The notes beneath the pieces were generated by a model. The model did no database searches, had not been told where the DNA came from, and worked only from the letters and a program-made list of their open reading frames with translations. From Amoebidium appalachense (taxonomy: Eukaryota > Protista > Ichthyosporea), in assembly GCA_963693365.1 (NCBI GenBank), contig CAVNZM010000002.1:4914259-4978258 (forward strand): a DNA stretch of 64,000 nt, read 5' to 3'. The position numbers were made by a program, and so were the translations under genes. Positions 28,436 through 64,000 of this stretch are shown here, piece after piece (the first letter of the stretch is position 1; every line of letters starts with the position of its first letter).

Positions 28436-28927
28436 GAGTGTTGGTGTGGGTGGGTGTGTGGATGGGTTGGTGTGTGTGTGTGTGCGACTGTGTGGGTGTG
28501 TGGGTGTGGGTGTTATGCGTGTGTGTGGGTGGGTGTGTGGGTGTGGGTGTTATGCTGTGTGTGTGTGTGTGTGTGTGTGCATGTGTTCATGTGTGCTCAC
28601 TTGGGTGCGTACGTGTATGTATGTGTGTGCCCAAGGGTATGTTGCTATCGAAGCAGGGTGTACGTTGTCTGTATGTGTGGCGGTGGTGGTGGTGGTGGGG
28701 TGGGTGTGTGGGTTCTGGGGGGAGGGGAGGTGGGGGGGGGGGGGGGGGGGGGAAGGGATTGCTTTTACATATACACACATTAGCATACACTTCTTGTTCC
28801 CCCGTGTGTGTGTATATTGAGCTTTTGATGACGCTCCCGAGGTTTTGATACCCCAAACCATACAGCTTCACCTCTTTCTTCTCTTACACTGGCCCCCTAA
28901 AATCACCCGTTTGCTGATTCGTATAGA

Positions 28928-28978
<51 letters not shown>

Positions 28979-29326
28979 TAGATATAGGAGATGTGAGCTC
29001 GGAAGATGAGAGTACGGACCCCCCTTCTAAACGGCATCGGGCCGACGGACATTCCCCATCGTTAGAGCCTGTGGGATTCCGCCAAAGCGCATCGTTCAAC
29101 TGCGGCATGATGGAGGTGGGTGGGTGGATGGGTGTGTGTGTGTGTGCGTGTGCGTGTGTGTGTGTGTGATATTTAGATGGTCTTGTGTGTGTTGTGACTG
29201 AGTAGTGGGTACGTTATTCCAGAGGGGGTATGGGCCCCGGGGGAGGGGGGGGGGGGGGGGAGTCTGTGAGGAACACTTCATAATCAGATTGGCTATCAGC
29301 AACCTCGACTGGCGCACGTTTTATGA
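21280..29326 (+). CDS. p53: p53/p63/p73-family transcription factor (p53 DNA-binding domain plus tetramerisation-like segment)
   Basis: Exons 21280-21365, 22018-22192, 22680-22811, 23647-23842, 24341-24459, 24990-25120, 25720-25788, 26546-26607, 27255-27310, 27905-28169, 28982-29115 and a tentative last exon 29288-29326. Motifs [60 protein letters not shown]. All four Zn ligands (human C176, H179, C238, C242) are present. The 3' end is uncertain. Confidence 0.92.
22937..23644. repeat. Tandem duplication of a 354-bp unit in p53 intron 3
   Basis: 22937-23290 and 23291-23644 are near-identical. Confidence 0.92.
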
Positions 29327-29551
29327 AAGCAGAGTCGTGTATGTGTGTGTGTGTGTTGGCTTTGTTTCTCTTTATACACCAGTTCGCACTTGAATTCCAA
29401 AAGTCTTTGAATAACTATATAAGGTTCGTTGGTATGATCTGATTGGTTGTGCTTTCCGGTGTACGGTTTACGGTTGAGATTGGGCCAGAGCACTGATGTA
29501 CAGCCTAGAAAGGGCAATTTAAGCCCGATTTCACCTAATAAACATGTTTTT

Positions 29552-29745
29552 GTCAACTAGCAAAAGTTATTGGAAATAAAAAAACTCGCAATATTGTTAT
29601 AAGGAGTCGCAGTGGTCCAACGCGTCCTTCATTGTCAAAATCGACGAAAACCGTCTGGGTGTGGGGCCGGCGACCGCGACGGCGGCCGACCCTTGCAATT
29701 GGGCTGATCGTCTAAGACAAAATTAGCTTTTTTGCTAGTTTTGAC
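29552..29745. mobile_element. Possible MITE with imperfect terminal inverted repeats
   Basis: gtcaactagcaaaagtta ... tagcttttttgctagttttgac; non-coding interior; single copy in the window. Confidence 0.4.
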
Positions 29746-30141
29746 CATTAAATAAGCGCCGGACACCCCATGTTGCTTATATATAAAAATATGTGTCGCT
29801 TTGTTTGTCAAGTTATTAATTAGGCGGCCAAAGCCTGTTTTCTTTTCATATTTTGGACTTTAAAGTCCTTATATGGTTTTGGACTATAGCCATTGAGACC
29901 AAGCGGACCGTAATTTTTGCAGCCGCGGCTCATTTTGAAGCGAGGCAATCAGATTTGAAGCACTACTAAGTGATTGCGAACTCGTGTATAGGGGAGGGGG
30001 GAAGGGGGGGGGGGGGGGGGGGGGGGGGAAGGGGGGGGGGGGGGGGGGGGGCAGTTTTTCTTTTGTCCATAACACTCGTGAGATTTTCAAATGCATACAC
30101 TGTTCACTTACTAATGCACTTACATGTGTTTCCGTGCACAT

Positions 30142-30187
<46 letters not shown>

Positions 30188-30577
30188 CCTCTGCAACCGC
30201 AACAACAAAGGTTCCGCGTCCGAATCACCAAAACCCCGAGTGCGTCGAGGCTGGATCCTGGATTGAAAAAGTGAAAATCGGTGTTGTTTGTACCCTATTT
30301 TTAACTATGCATGCAGACGCTTTTGCCACCGTCACACCTGATATCTTCTTGCATCTACTATAGCCGCTCGATGGAATGTGCACTTGTTAACTGAAAAGTT
30401 TATTGCTTAAAAGGACAGAAAGAGAGCAAGTGTATACCTAGTCCGAGATAATGGGTTTTTCGCATTTAATTTGTTGTTTGCAAATCTTCTGGTATTCACG
30501 ATAAATGAGAGTAAGATAGGTACGAAAGGTGTAGGTATGGGGCAAGGTGTCTGTGTTTGGTGGTTGGGGGGATTTGT

Positions 30578-30625
<48 letters not shown>

Positions 30626-31159
30626 AGTCTGAAGGTTTAGAAGAGTAACGGAGTGTTGGGTCTGTCAGACTGGCCATTTGCACAAGAGAAAAAATCGTAG
30701 GGTATTTGATTATGTTTAATGCCGGGAACATATTTGTTCTTGAGTGGAATGTAAGGGTTTCTCAGTGTAGTTATTAACCAAAATCTTTGCCGTAAATATT
30801 GCGGAAAAATAGTCGATGCTGGGTGGTATGTAGTTGAGACACATACCCCCTTTGCCATTATACTCTATAATATCCAGGGATTCGAAGAGAGACTCTATAG
30901 CTACTAGTACCAAGTGATATGTTGTTTTGCAATGTACTGATGAGGTTTTGTCTAGCCTGAGTTCTGGTTCTATATCCTGACTCTTTGTGTGGTTTGCAGC
31001 ACACAGCGAAAAATGAGTGTTGGTGACACGAGATGTGAAATGAAAGAAAATGGCCTTGTTTCTTCCTGAAATTAAACTTTATGTTGCATTCACTGCTTTC
31101 ACCCAGCGGGTGAGAAGCTTTCCCCGTCACTTTGTGAGATATGTAGTTTTCGTGAGAAG

Positions 31160-31201
<42 letters not shown>

Positions 31202-31240
31202 ATAAAAAAAAAAAAAGAAGAAAGAAAAAAAGAAAAAAAG

Positions 31241-31371
31241 CTGGAGAAAGGAGGAGGAAAAGAAGAAAACAAAACGAAAAAAGTAGAAATTCCTGTGCAG
31301 ATGTGCTGGATGCAGCACGTCGGCACAGGAATTTCTACTTTTTTCGTTTTTGTTTTCTTCTTTTTCTCCAG
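31241..31371. repeat. Long near-perfect inverted repeat (hairpin, ~50-60 bp arms, 4-nt loop)
   Basis: gaagaaaacaaaacgaaaaaagtagaaattcctgtgc.gatgtgctg-GATG-cagcacgtc.gcacaggaatttctacttttttcgtttttgttttcttc. Confidence 0.88.
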
Positions 31372-32135
31372 GGTTTTTTTTTTTTTTTTTTTTTTAGCCC
31401 GTTTAACGATGCAGAAGAAAATTTTTAGCCCCGTCGTTTTCTTGGATTGGTGTGTAGTACGGGAGGACGCTGGGAGGGCCCTAGGATAGGGAGATCGCTC
31501 TATATTCGGCTAAAAAAAAATACAATATTTGACAATATACCAAAATAAAAACATGAAATTGAATAACCATAACAGGCATATGTGTATTTGGGCCCAAGAT
31601 GGGGGGGGGGGGGGGGGGGGGGGGAGCTGGAGGGGGGAGGGGGAGGGGGGGGAGAGGAGGGGCCCAGGCGGGGGGGACCGGCAGGCAAGTCATCCGAGAT
31701 TACCCCATGGCCATACGCATACCTTGGGTTGGAATACAAATGGCCCAGGCCTAGGAGGAGTGTACATAAAAAGACAGATCATAAAAAATCTAAAAAATAT
31801 AAAAACCCGAAATCAAATTTGTTTTTTTGAATTTCCAAGCAGAAGGTATTTGCTTGAACAGAGCCGCAGGGGAGCGGAAGAAGGGGGGGGGGGGGGGGGG
31901 GGGGGGGGTAAGAACGTTTGGGTGTTGGCCATGGTGGTGGTGGTTTTGTGTTTGTATGTGTATGTGGGCGTGTGGGTGGTATTCCCTCTGTTTTTTTCTT
32001 TTTCTCTTCCTTTCTCTCATTTTTTCCTTTTTTTGCTTTTGGTGGTGGCAACGTTGTAGTGGTGTTTGTGGTGGTGGTGGTGGTGGTGGTGGCGGCGGCG
32101 GCGGCGGCGGTGGTGGGGAAGGGGAGGGGGGGGGG

Positions 32136-32178
<43 letters not shown>

Positions 32179-33748
32179 AGGTGGAGAGGGGGGCGGGGTG
32201 AAGGGGTGGTTCAGCGCGAAGCCTTGCCAAGATGGTTTCATTTGACCCTTGAAAGTCCGATACGGGTTCCTGGGGGGTCTAGCCGAACCGTGAATTTTGG
32301 TACATTTGCGCATAATTTTTGAGTTATGTTTGACATATAACCGGAAATGCCCTTAAGCTTGTGGAAACGTGCTAATATTCATCGAGCTTATTCAATATGA
32401 CCAAGTAGTGGGTTTAGCTGTCATCGTAAACGACCTCAGTGACTCAGCGTGACTCCTGTGGTATTTGTGTTCGAACTCAAGACGCACATCCAGTATGCAC
32501 ATAGCACTTGGCAAAAAACCACATATATGACTTGTTTATATGCCTCCTATGCCGCGATAAAAACCCTTCAAAAACCTCTGTTATAATCTAAGACCTGTTT
32601 AAAAGCCCCACAATCAAAGAACGCCTTGCTACTAAGTTTCTCATTTAGCATGGGTCTGCTGCACATGTTGGGTGGGCTACCAGTACACTGGCTGAACTGT
32701 TGCATCCAAACACGCCATGCAGGGCCGTTACTGGCAATGTGCACTTGCCGTTGTCTCTTGGTGGCCCAAATTCAAGCTGCTGAAACTCACCAATGGCAAG
32801 TCTTAGAACATTTGGGGGAAAGGAAAAAAGGGGGCCACGGACACTGTACACATTTGATTGAAACATTTGATCGATATGTCCACGAAAACAATTTAAACAC
32901 TGACGAGTCTATACCATTTTGGAAAGAGAAAAAAAAAAGAGGGGGCACGGACACGTACACATTCGATTGGAAACATTTGAGTCCACAAAATTTTTTTTAT
33001 TTAAAAAAACATGTGTGCTTTCTTGCATGTATATTTGCACACACAACCTGCATGCATATGGTTTCCCGTCCACTGCATAAAAGACTATGCATGCACAGCC
33101 ACTCTCATACCATATCCTATGATCATTGAGCATATTAGATATCCATATGACTCGGCATTCTCAGTCTCACTTCACCAGTACTGGTAGCCCACATATGTGC
33201 AACGTATCTCTATGCCCGTGCCAACCCAAATCATCCACGGTTGGTATACAGATATCTAAATTCGGCCCCCTCCCCCAATCCCCCCCCCCCCCCTCCCCCC
33301 CCGCCCATCCCTTCCGCTCCTTCCCACCCAGGATCTCCCCCCCTCCCCCCCCCCCCCGGCGCGCCCTCGGGTTCCCTCCCCTCCCCCTCTCTCCCCAGCC
33401 CCCTCAGCCCAGTTAGGCTCAACCCCCCCCCCCCCCCCCCCCCCCCTCCTCCTCCTCCTCCCATACACGCACCCACCCACCCAAGTCCACCCACCCCATC
33501 CCCCGGGATACAAGACAACGGAGTGTCCAAAAAGAACCTCAGACATGGACCACGACTTCTTCTTCCTTTTCCCCTCCCCATTTTTTTGGGGGGGGAAGGG
33601 GGCGGCCGGGGGGGGAGGGGGCGTCTTGTTGGCGGACGGGATAGGTAATACTAGCATCAGTATATTTACGACATCTGGGCTGTTGATAATGTCAAAACCT
33701 CAGAACCACTGAGTCACAAATTTGAAACGAACACTGAAACGTGGGAAA

Positions 33749-33789
<41 letters not shown>

Positions 33790-34149
33790 TTCCCCACGTT
33801 TTTTTTTTTTTTTGTTTCTTCCCCCCTTTTCCCCTCCTTCTAGCAAGAGGCACTTGGCTTAAGCAATGCTGCTGAGTGCTGTTTCCCATTGGATATCAAA
33901 ATAAAACGTAAAATTTTGCATCAATGAATATGGCCGCAAGTCGTCAAGGGAGTCGACGACCCCTTGCACACAATTTTAAATATTACTTGGATTACTTGAT
34001 GCGTGCCTAAGGACCCCCCCCCCCTCCCCCCTACCCCCCCCCACCACCACCACACGGGCCACCACCACCCCCGCCGCCACCACAACACACGCACGCACAC
34101 ACACGTGCACGCACGCACACACACACACACAGTGAGACACACACAACCA

Positions 34150-34227
<78 letters not shown>

Positions 34228-34283
34228 TACACACACGCATACAAGCGCACAAAAACGCACACACACGGTGACACACACACACG

Positions 34284-34395
<112 letters not shown>

Positions 34396-35163
34396 AACAC
34401 ACACACACACACACACAAACATGGCAGTGTTATGCCCTGGAACCAAACAGGCGCACAAGTCGAAGAAACGACCACGCTTGTGCTACGGTGTGTGCCAATA
34501 AAAAGGGTGGCCCACCCACTAGTACTCTTGATTAATTTGTTTTATGTTCTACTCAGTAGTGCTAACATTGCCAATTTTGTCTGTGAACAGACACTCCAGT
34601 TGTGCAGCCATGAAGATGAAAAGCTTGGTGAAGAACTCTGGTATCATGGCACCAAGATCCATAGAAAACCCCTCCCAAGGCCACTTAGGTTTGGAAAGAA
34701 AAATCAAACGGAAACGTTCAAAAACGCCGCATGGGCATGTCGCAATCGTGGTATGCATGGGTTACGAATGGGCGTGGAAAATCTGCTTACATGATATATC
34801 GATGTAAAAAAGACTTTAAATATGTAATCGAATTAATCCAGCAAAATATACAAAGATGCCCAAACTTAAACGCAAACACCAAAAACAAATTTACCGATCG
34901 GTTTGAAAAAATCAAGATGTTAGATTGGTTAAAAGTCACCTATTTGAGTCATTTTTGTCGCGGCGTCATCTGATTGGGTCCTTTAGATAGCGCTGTCACC
35001 GGGTCGACAAGCCCACACACCAATCCGGCGCAGAAGGTTAGTCATTAGGAAACGAAAAGTGAAACTTTCAGGCACCAGCAGCAAGGATTTGTACACTTGA
35101 CAATAAGAGGGTTAGAGGGAAAAAAGAATATTTGTTTATAAGCCTGGCACAAAAGACAAAGAA

Positions 35164-48499
<13,336 letters not shown>

Positions 48500-48501
48500 A
48501 G

Positions 48502-48617
<116 letters not shown>

Positions 48618-49189
48618 GGGGGGGGGAGGGAAGAGATGGGGCAAGGAGAGTGTGTATAGCTCTTAGCGGTTATGTGTTTCTCTGGATATATCTGGTTGTC
48701 TTACTTATAGGCTGAAGCTGCTTCGTCCCGTACGTGTATGTGTGTTGTGTGTGTATACGTATGTGCGGTAATTTCTTAAAGTTGGTGGTGTTTTTTATTA
48801 TTATTGCGCTTAGAGAAAGCTTGTACGAGTTAGGCACACATAATTAACTATAGCTAGATACTGTATATCAGCATCTATTATATCCACCGATGGTTTGCAA
48901 AATGGAAGGCTGCTATTGGCTACATGTCACGTCTCTACCCATATGCCCAGTCGACCTGATCACTATCACCATGTACATACACTGCAGTTGTGCAAATAAA
49001 CATGTATGTTCGAGAGACTTTCCAATGAACATTGGCTTCCGCGTGCCTTAAATATTAGGTGTCCGTACATGTGTTTCTATGCTCCCCCCCCCCCCCCCCC
49101 CCCCCCCCCCTCCTGTGTGGCTCACTACATTTCCTTGCCTTGTTTACTGTGTATGCTGAAACCCTAAGCCCTTCCGGTCACCCTTCTCT

Positions 49190-49345
49190 CTGCTCTTGTT
49201 TGTAACTCCACACGTCTGCCTGCATAAGTAACCGTTTGCTCTTTTCTGATCAAGTCACGTGACCCAGATGCATGTTCAAGTGATGTAGTGTCTGGTTGGA
49301 TTTCTTTAATGAGGTACATGTGTCGAAACTGCACTGTTTCGTTCT
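49190..49345 (+). mobile_element. Degenerate copy of the structured repeat family (intergenic)
   Basis: gcctgcataag...ctgatcaag...catgttcaagtga...gtcgaaactg; the 3' part is missing. Confidence 0.65.
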
Positions 49346-49395
49346 GTCGCGGTGTGTGTGTGTACGTGTGTGTGTGTGTGTGTGTGTGTGTGGGG

Positions 49396-49433
<38 letters not shown>

Positions 49434-50113
49434 CGGGAGGCGGGCAGGCGGGCTGTTGGGGCCGGGGGAGGCGGGATCACCCAGTGTTTGTTGTACACAA
49501 ATGTGCACACTTTATTTTGGTCGCTTCCTCCGACCAATAAGCTATAACACCCCTGATGTCTAATAATTACTCTTTTTTCATAATATTTGATTGAATCGCT
49601 TTTGGAAATACGAAAAAAAAACGATGATTTTATGTAAATGATCCCAGGAATAAGTTTCAGCAAACCAGAGTATTACTATGTTGGACATAAAGCAAATGGC
49701 AACTTGGATAACCAGATATATTTATTCCACAGCAAACTGTTTAAACACATGATGGTTTACATGACCAATCAAATCTAACGGTCAAGAAAACAGCCACATA
49801 AAATATCACGGTAATATGCCTGGCCAGACTCCCAAACAGACACCAACATACCCAGAGCGGTATATGAAACCATGATCACATTAGTGCGAAAATCACCATT
49901 TTAAGACTGCAATATTATCTCCCAATCATTGAAATCACTAGACCGATATCTCAGTATATCTACGGAAATTTCGATGCATCTCATCGAACCCACTTCAGTG
50001 TTTTACATGCGGCGCTCTTTAACACAAACACACACACCGTCTAGACCAACTGCTGCACGGTTTCCTTTGACAAGATAACTCGAACGTTCTAGAACCCTCC
50101 ACTAGTGCTCGGT

Positions 50114-59589
<9,476 letters not shown>

Positions 59590-59956
59590 GATTGTCAAAC
59601 CTGTGGTGGTGGGAGCAGGAAAATGTAAGATGTAGGTGCACGGTGGTGTGGGCATCTGTGCCTGCTTATATGCACACACACGCGTCTCCCTCATTCCCTC
59701 CCTCCCTCCCCTTCTTCCCCTTCCTCCTTCCCTCCCTCCCTCCCTCCCTCCCTCCCTTTCCCTTTCCCTGCCCTCTCCCCCTCTCCATCTCCCCCTCCCC
59801 TCCCCTCCCCACCCCTTCTCCCTCTCCCCCTCCCTCTCTGTGTGGTTGTGTTTGTGTTTATGTGTGTGTGCGTGTGTGCATATGTGCGTGCGTGCGACGT
59901 GCGTGCATGCCGCGTGCATGTGCGCTCACCTGTGTGTGTATGTGTGCGCGCGCAAA

Positions 59957-60036
<80 letters not shown>

Positions 60037-60087
60037 TCTTGGCGTGCTAGAGGAAAATGTGTGTATGTGGCTGTGTATGGGTGTTTA

Positions 60088-60141
<54 letters not shown>

Positions 60142-60760
60142 CGTGCATGCGTGTGTGCGTGCGTGTGTAGGTGCTTGCGTGCATGTGTGTGTGTGCGTGC
60201 GTGTGCGTGCGTGCGCATATGTGCGTGTATGTGCGTGCGTGTGTATGTGTGTGTTTGTGTGTGTATGAAAGGGTGGGGGTGGGGGTGGGGGTGGGGTGGG
60301 GGAGGGGGTCAGGGGTTTTTTACCGTGTGCCTCGCGTGCTGTATTTTCTTGGGTCCTGCTGTCTGGATGCTGATGTTAGGTGACTGTACAATGTACGGCT
60401 AACAAGAAAATAAACATGAAACAGAACTAATATAAAGCCTGCACTGAGACACCCCTAGCACACGCCGCACACGCGCACACACAGACACGCAAAAGCCGGA
60501 ATCACTCAAACACACATCACGGTAAGCAGTAAGCATGCTCTTTGTCCACGGTCGACACAACCAACTTCAAAAAGTCTTAGGTTTTGAGTCAGACCGGGAC
60601 TAGCGACTCGCGAGTTTCAAGGTGCGAGCCATCGGGGCAGTATGATAAGCGATTCAATATAGTTAATTGTTTTATATGTTAAAAGTTAAGATCAAATTAA
60701 CTTTTGTTTAAAGATGTTGGTTGGCTAAAGAGGAATTAGTCAGTTGCCGTAAGCCTCGAA

Positions 60761-60802
60761 ATTTGGCGATTGGATAATTTTCGCGCGCATAGTCATGATT
60801 GG
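60761..60802. promoter_or_regulatory. E2F-like site flanked by two CCAAT boxes upstream of the CDCA7-like gene
   Basis: TTTTCGCGCG at 60778-60787 with ATTGG at 60769 and 60798; motif match only. Confidence 0.35.
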
Positions 60803-63669
60803 CTAGATTTCATGGGAAAGGCGCCACGCCCACGGAGCCTCGGAGGGAGCCTTGGGGAGAGAGGGAGGAGGAAGGGGGCGAAAGGGAGGGGAAGGGGGAG
60901 AGAGAGGGGAAGAAAGAGCGCCACGGAGGAAGCTCGGGGAGAGAGGGAGGGGAAAGAGGGCGAAAGGGAGGGGGGAGGGGGAGAGAGAGAGGGGAAGAGG
61001 GAGAGAAGGAGAGGCCTAGAGAGAGGGAGAGACGGAGAGAGAGATGAGATAGAAATAGAGAGAGTGTGTGTGTGTATGAGTGAGAGAGAGAAGGGCGGGA
61101 GGGGGGGGGGGGGGGGGGGAGAGAGAGAGAGAGGGAGGGAGGGAGGGAGGGAGGGAGAGAAGGGAGGGAGGGAGGGAGGGAGGGAGGGAGGGATTGAGGG
61201 AGGGAGGGAGGGAGTGAGGGGGGATGGAGGTAGGAAGGTATTTAAGTGAGGTTTAGAGGGTGGAGGGAGAGAGGGAGTGTGTGCGCGCGCATGTAGGAAC
61301 AAATGCTCACAACAGACGGAACCCCAAGTCAGGCACCGTCCCACCACCGGAAAACGTTAGAGTACGCTTTCACTAACTTGTCACACAACCGCCAGGCTAC
61401 ATATAGCCTCTAGATTTAGAGCAATTTGCTTGTTACGCCCAGTCTTCGTGGCTGTCTGGGTTTGCTCACCTCTACACACACGACACTCAAACTCTGGAGA
61501 ACAGGCCCGGCAAAGTTGGAACGCAGGAGTACCACTACACTACAGCCAAAAGAGCATAGTCACTATGATACCCTACGTGTTTAATTTCGTTGAGAATATA
61601 CTCTACTGCCTCATTTATATACTTGAGGTTACTCACTAGCCGCCAGGTCAAGCTTTCTTGTGAGCAACCCATCTTGCTGGGTGGATGCATGCATGGGCGC
61701 ACCGGTGCACGTGTGTGAGGACGCTGCACATACGTGTGTTTCTGTGTGGTCGTGTGTGTGTGTGCATGTGTGCGTGCGTGCGTGCGTGCTTGTTCGTGTG
61801 CGTGCGTGCGTGCGTGCGCGCGTGCGCCTGTGTGCGGCGTGCGTGTGCGTGCACGTGTGCGTCGTGTGTCTTTTTGGTTGTGTCTGGTTGCACGTGTTGT
61901 GTACTTTTCTGTGTACGTGTGTGCATTTCTTTTGGTTGCTTTTATGCGTGCGTGTGTGCGTCTGTAGATACCACGGTTTTCGTACAGATGTATGTGACCT
62001 GCAACGACAAACCCTCTGCGACACAGCCCTCCTCCCCATTCTCCTCGACCATTTTAGCCAAACTCTTCTGAATGATTGAACGCTAGAATATGCCAACGAA
62101 AAAAATAAAACGAGGAAATGGTAACTGATTTCTACTGAAATATTAAATTTACCTACATGGTTGCCCACTTCGAGTAACAACCATCAATGAAACACGCCCG
62201 ACTCAATGACTGAGGAGTCGACGCGAGTCACGCAACAAACAACCAAGGAACCGTGGTCACGGAACTCCAGGCTTTGCATCGCTCTGCCGCGCTCGCGTCT
62301 AAACCGAACAACCAATCGTCTTTCAGTGCCGCACAAAGATAGCCATATATGGTGCAAACAAACCGTTGTCAGAGTAGACAAAGCGCCATCGCCTCTCAAG
62401 TTCCTTTGCTCTCACTGTCTCCACTCTGTCTAGCTTCTTCTTTTGTGCTCTAGTATGCAGTCCAGTTACGATATCCTTACTTACACCCTGTAGACGTCCC
62501 TTCCTTTCTAAGCACTATCTCCTCCTGTTTATAAGGGATAGCTTCCGCTTTTCGCAAACATGCTGTCCTTCCTCCTCTTTCTTTTCATCCTGTGGCTTCT
62601 CTGGCCAACAGGTCTTCAAGTGGATATGATGTGGCAGGGGATAGTGCTTGAAGTGTTGACACGTATGATAGGTGGATGTGTTGTGATATTTGAGCAGATA
62701 ACGGGGAAGCCAAGCGCGAAGATTAGCAGGGACTTGTTCAGTGCAATGACAGGAGGGAAAAAGGCAGTGAACGACCCGAACATGGAGGTGGGTGCCACAA
62801 TTCACCAGCAAAGTTAGAAGCACACACACCTGTGTTTATATGTGCATAATCCCTTCGGCATTCGTTTATGTGGACATAAATTGGTTGTTTGCTCGTTTTC
62901 TGAGAAGATTCTATTCTATTCGATTTTTCATCGACTGTGCCTTATGGGGCCATTTCCTCCTTGTTTGGCCCCCCATTTTCGTTAGTTCTTTTCTGTGATT
63001 CTTGCTGATCTTGTTCTACTCTATCCCAGCCCGTCTGCCTCGCTTTTTTTTTTCCTTCGAACATTCCCTCAATCGTGTCCCCTTTATTCCTTCCCACCCA
63101 TTTCCATTCCTCCTTTCTTCCTGTTTACCGTTCACTTTTTTGCACGTGTGCACCCGTACACAACGCTTTCCATGCCTGCAACGCACACCAATAGACGGGA
63201 AGGTCAAAAGGGTGTGTCATTTAGATTTTTGTCTCCCTGCTGCCTCCTTCTCGATATTTCCAAGCCGGAAATGCATACCTCCCCCCCCCAACCCCCCTTC
63301 TGCCCACCCATCCAGCGGTCTTGAAGGTCAAGCCCCCCCCTCCCCCCCCCCCCCCCCCCCCTGACCCCCCCCCCCCCCCACACACACACACACACAAACA
63401 CGTGCAGCATCCCACCCCCTCCCCCCCTTCGCTCTCCCCCTCTCATTCGTTACAAAATCCAAGTGAAGCATCAACCCATCTTTTAAAACACATGTGCTTA
63501 ACACTAGCCTGTACTCCCCTCTTCCTCCCCTCCCCCCCTTCCTCCCCCCCTCCAACCTCCTCCTCCCCCCTCCCCCTCCCCCCCCATTCCAACCTCCTCC
63601 TCCCTTCCCCCCTCTCCCCTTCCCCCTTCCAACCCCCTTTCCTCCCCCCTCCTTCCCCACCCTTCTTTT

Positions 63670-63850
63670 CTGAGGACACAGGATGGCCCTGTTCAGGTGT
63701 CTTCTGCCTGCACGTCCTTTTTTCCCCTTCACTCTCTTCTTTTTTAATAAATATTTATTTGAAGTTTGGTTTCAAAATATTTCAGTTTTGTGACGCTTTG
63801 TGTTTTGTTTTTTGGTGTCTTCTCTATTTTCAACGCCCTAATTCATAAAA
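63670..63850 (+). mobile_element. Diverged 3' fragment of subfamily F
   Basis: ctgagga...ccctgttcaggtgtcttctgcctgcacg...gtgacgctttg...caacgccctaa followed by a C-run; matches the reverse complement of 15471-15610. Confidence 0.65.
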
Positions 63851-64000
63851 CCCCCTACCCCTCTCCCCCCTCTCTTCCTCCTCCCCCCCCCCCCCCGTGC
63901 AGTGTGTTGCCCATCGTGAATGTGTACCTCGTACTTTGTGTTGTTCGGAGTGAGGCAGTGTTCTTCATAATCTGTAGCGCATTCTATTCCTCCCCCCTCC

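Noticed and set aside
30637-31130. Overlapping short minus-strand ORFs in the p53-TMEM87 gap
   Set aside because: No consistent splice pattern or recognisable motif.
34600-34680. LWYHGT, resembling a PARP/ADP-ribosyltransferase HGT motif
   Set aside because: Isolated six-residue match with no downstream catalytic exons before the TMEM87 start.

Overview
Intron-rich eukaryotic DNA; the p53-family gene points to a holozoan, and the gene mix suggests a unicellular one such as an ichthyosporean (inference). Introns are filled with (CA/TG)n, (GA)n and poly-G/poly-C runs, which generate almost all ORFs in the supplied track. Manual splicing with GT-AG boundaries and consistent phases gives five genes: a membrane protein with a C-terminal J-domain (+, 4216-13027), a membrane-anchored PL14-type polysaccharide lyase (-, 14638-18596), a p53-family transcription factor (+, 21280 to about 29326), TMEM87 (+, 35164-48499) and a CDCA7-like zf-4CXXC_R1 protein (-, 50114-59589). 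The main unexplained signal is a non-coding repeat family (about 17 copies or fragments). All intronic copies are sense to the host gene, are variably 5'-truncated and end in a C-run. Their core carries every hammerhead ribozyme catalytic segment (GUH, GAAA, CUGANGA) in a scrambled, non-circularly permuted, pseudoknotted order, with compensatory base changes in stems I, II, III and the outer helix across three diverged subfamilies.
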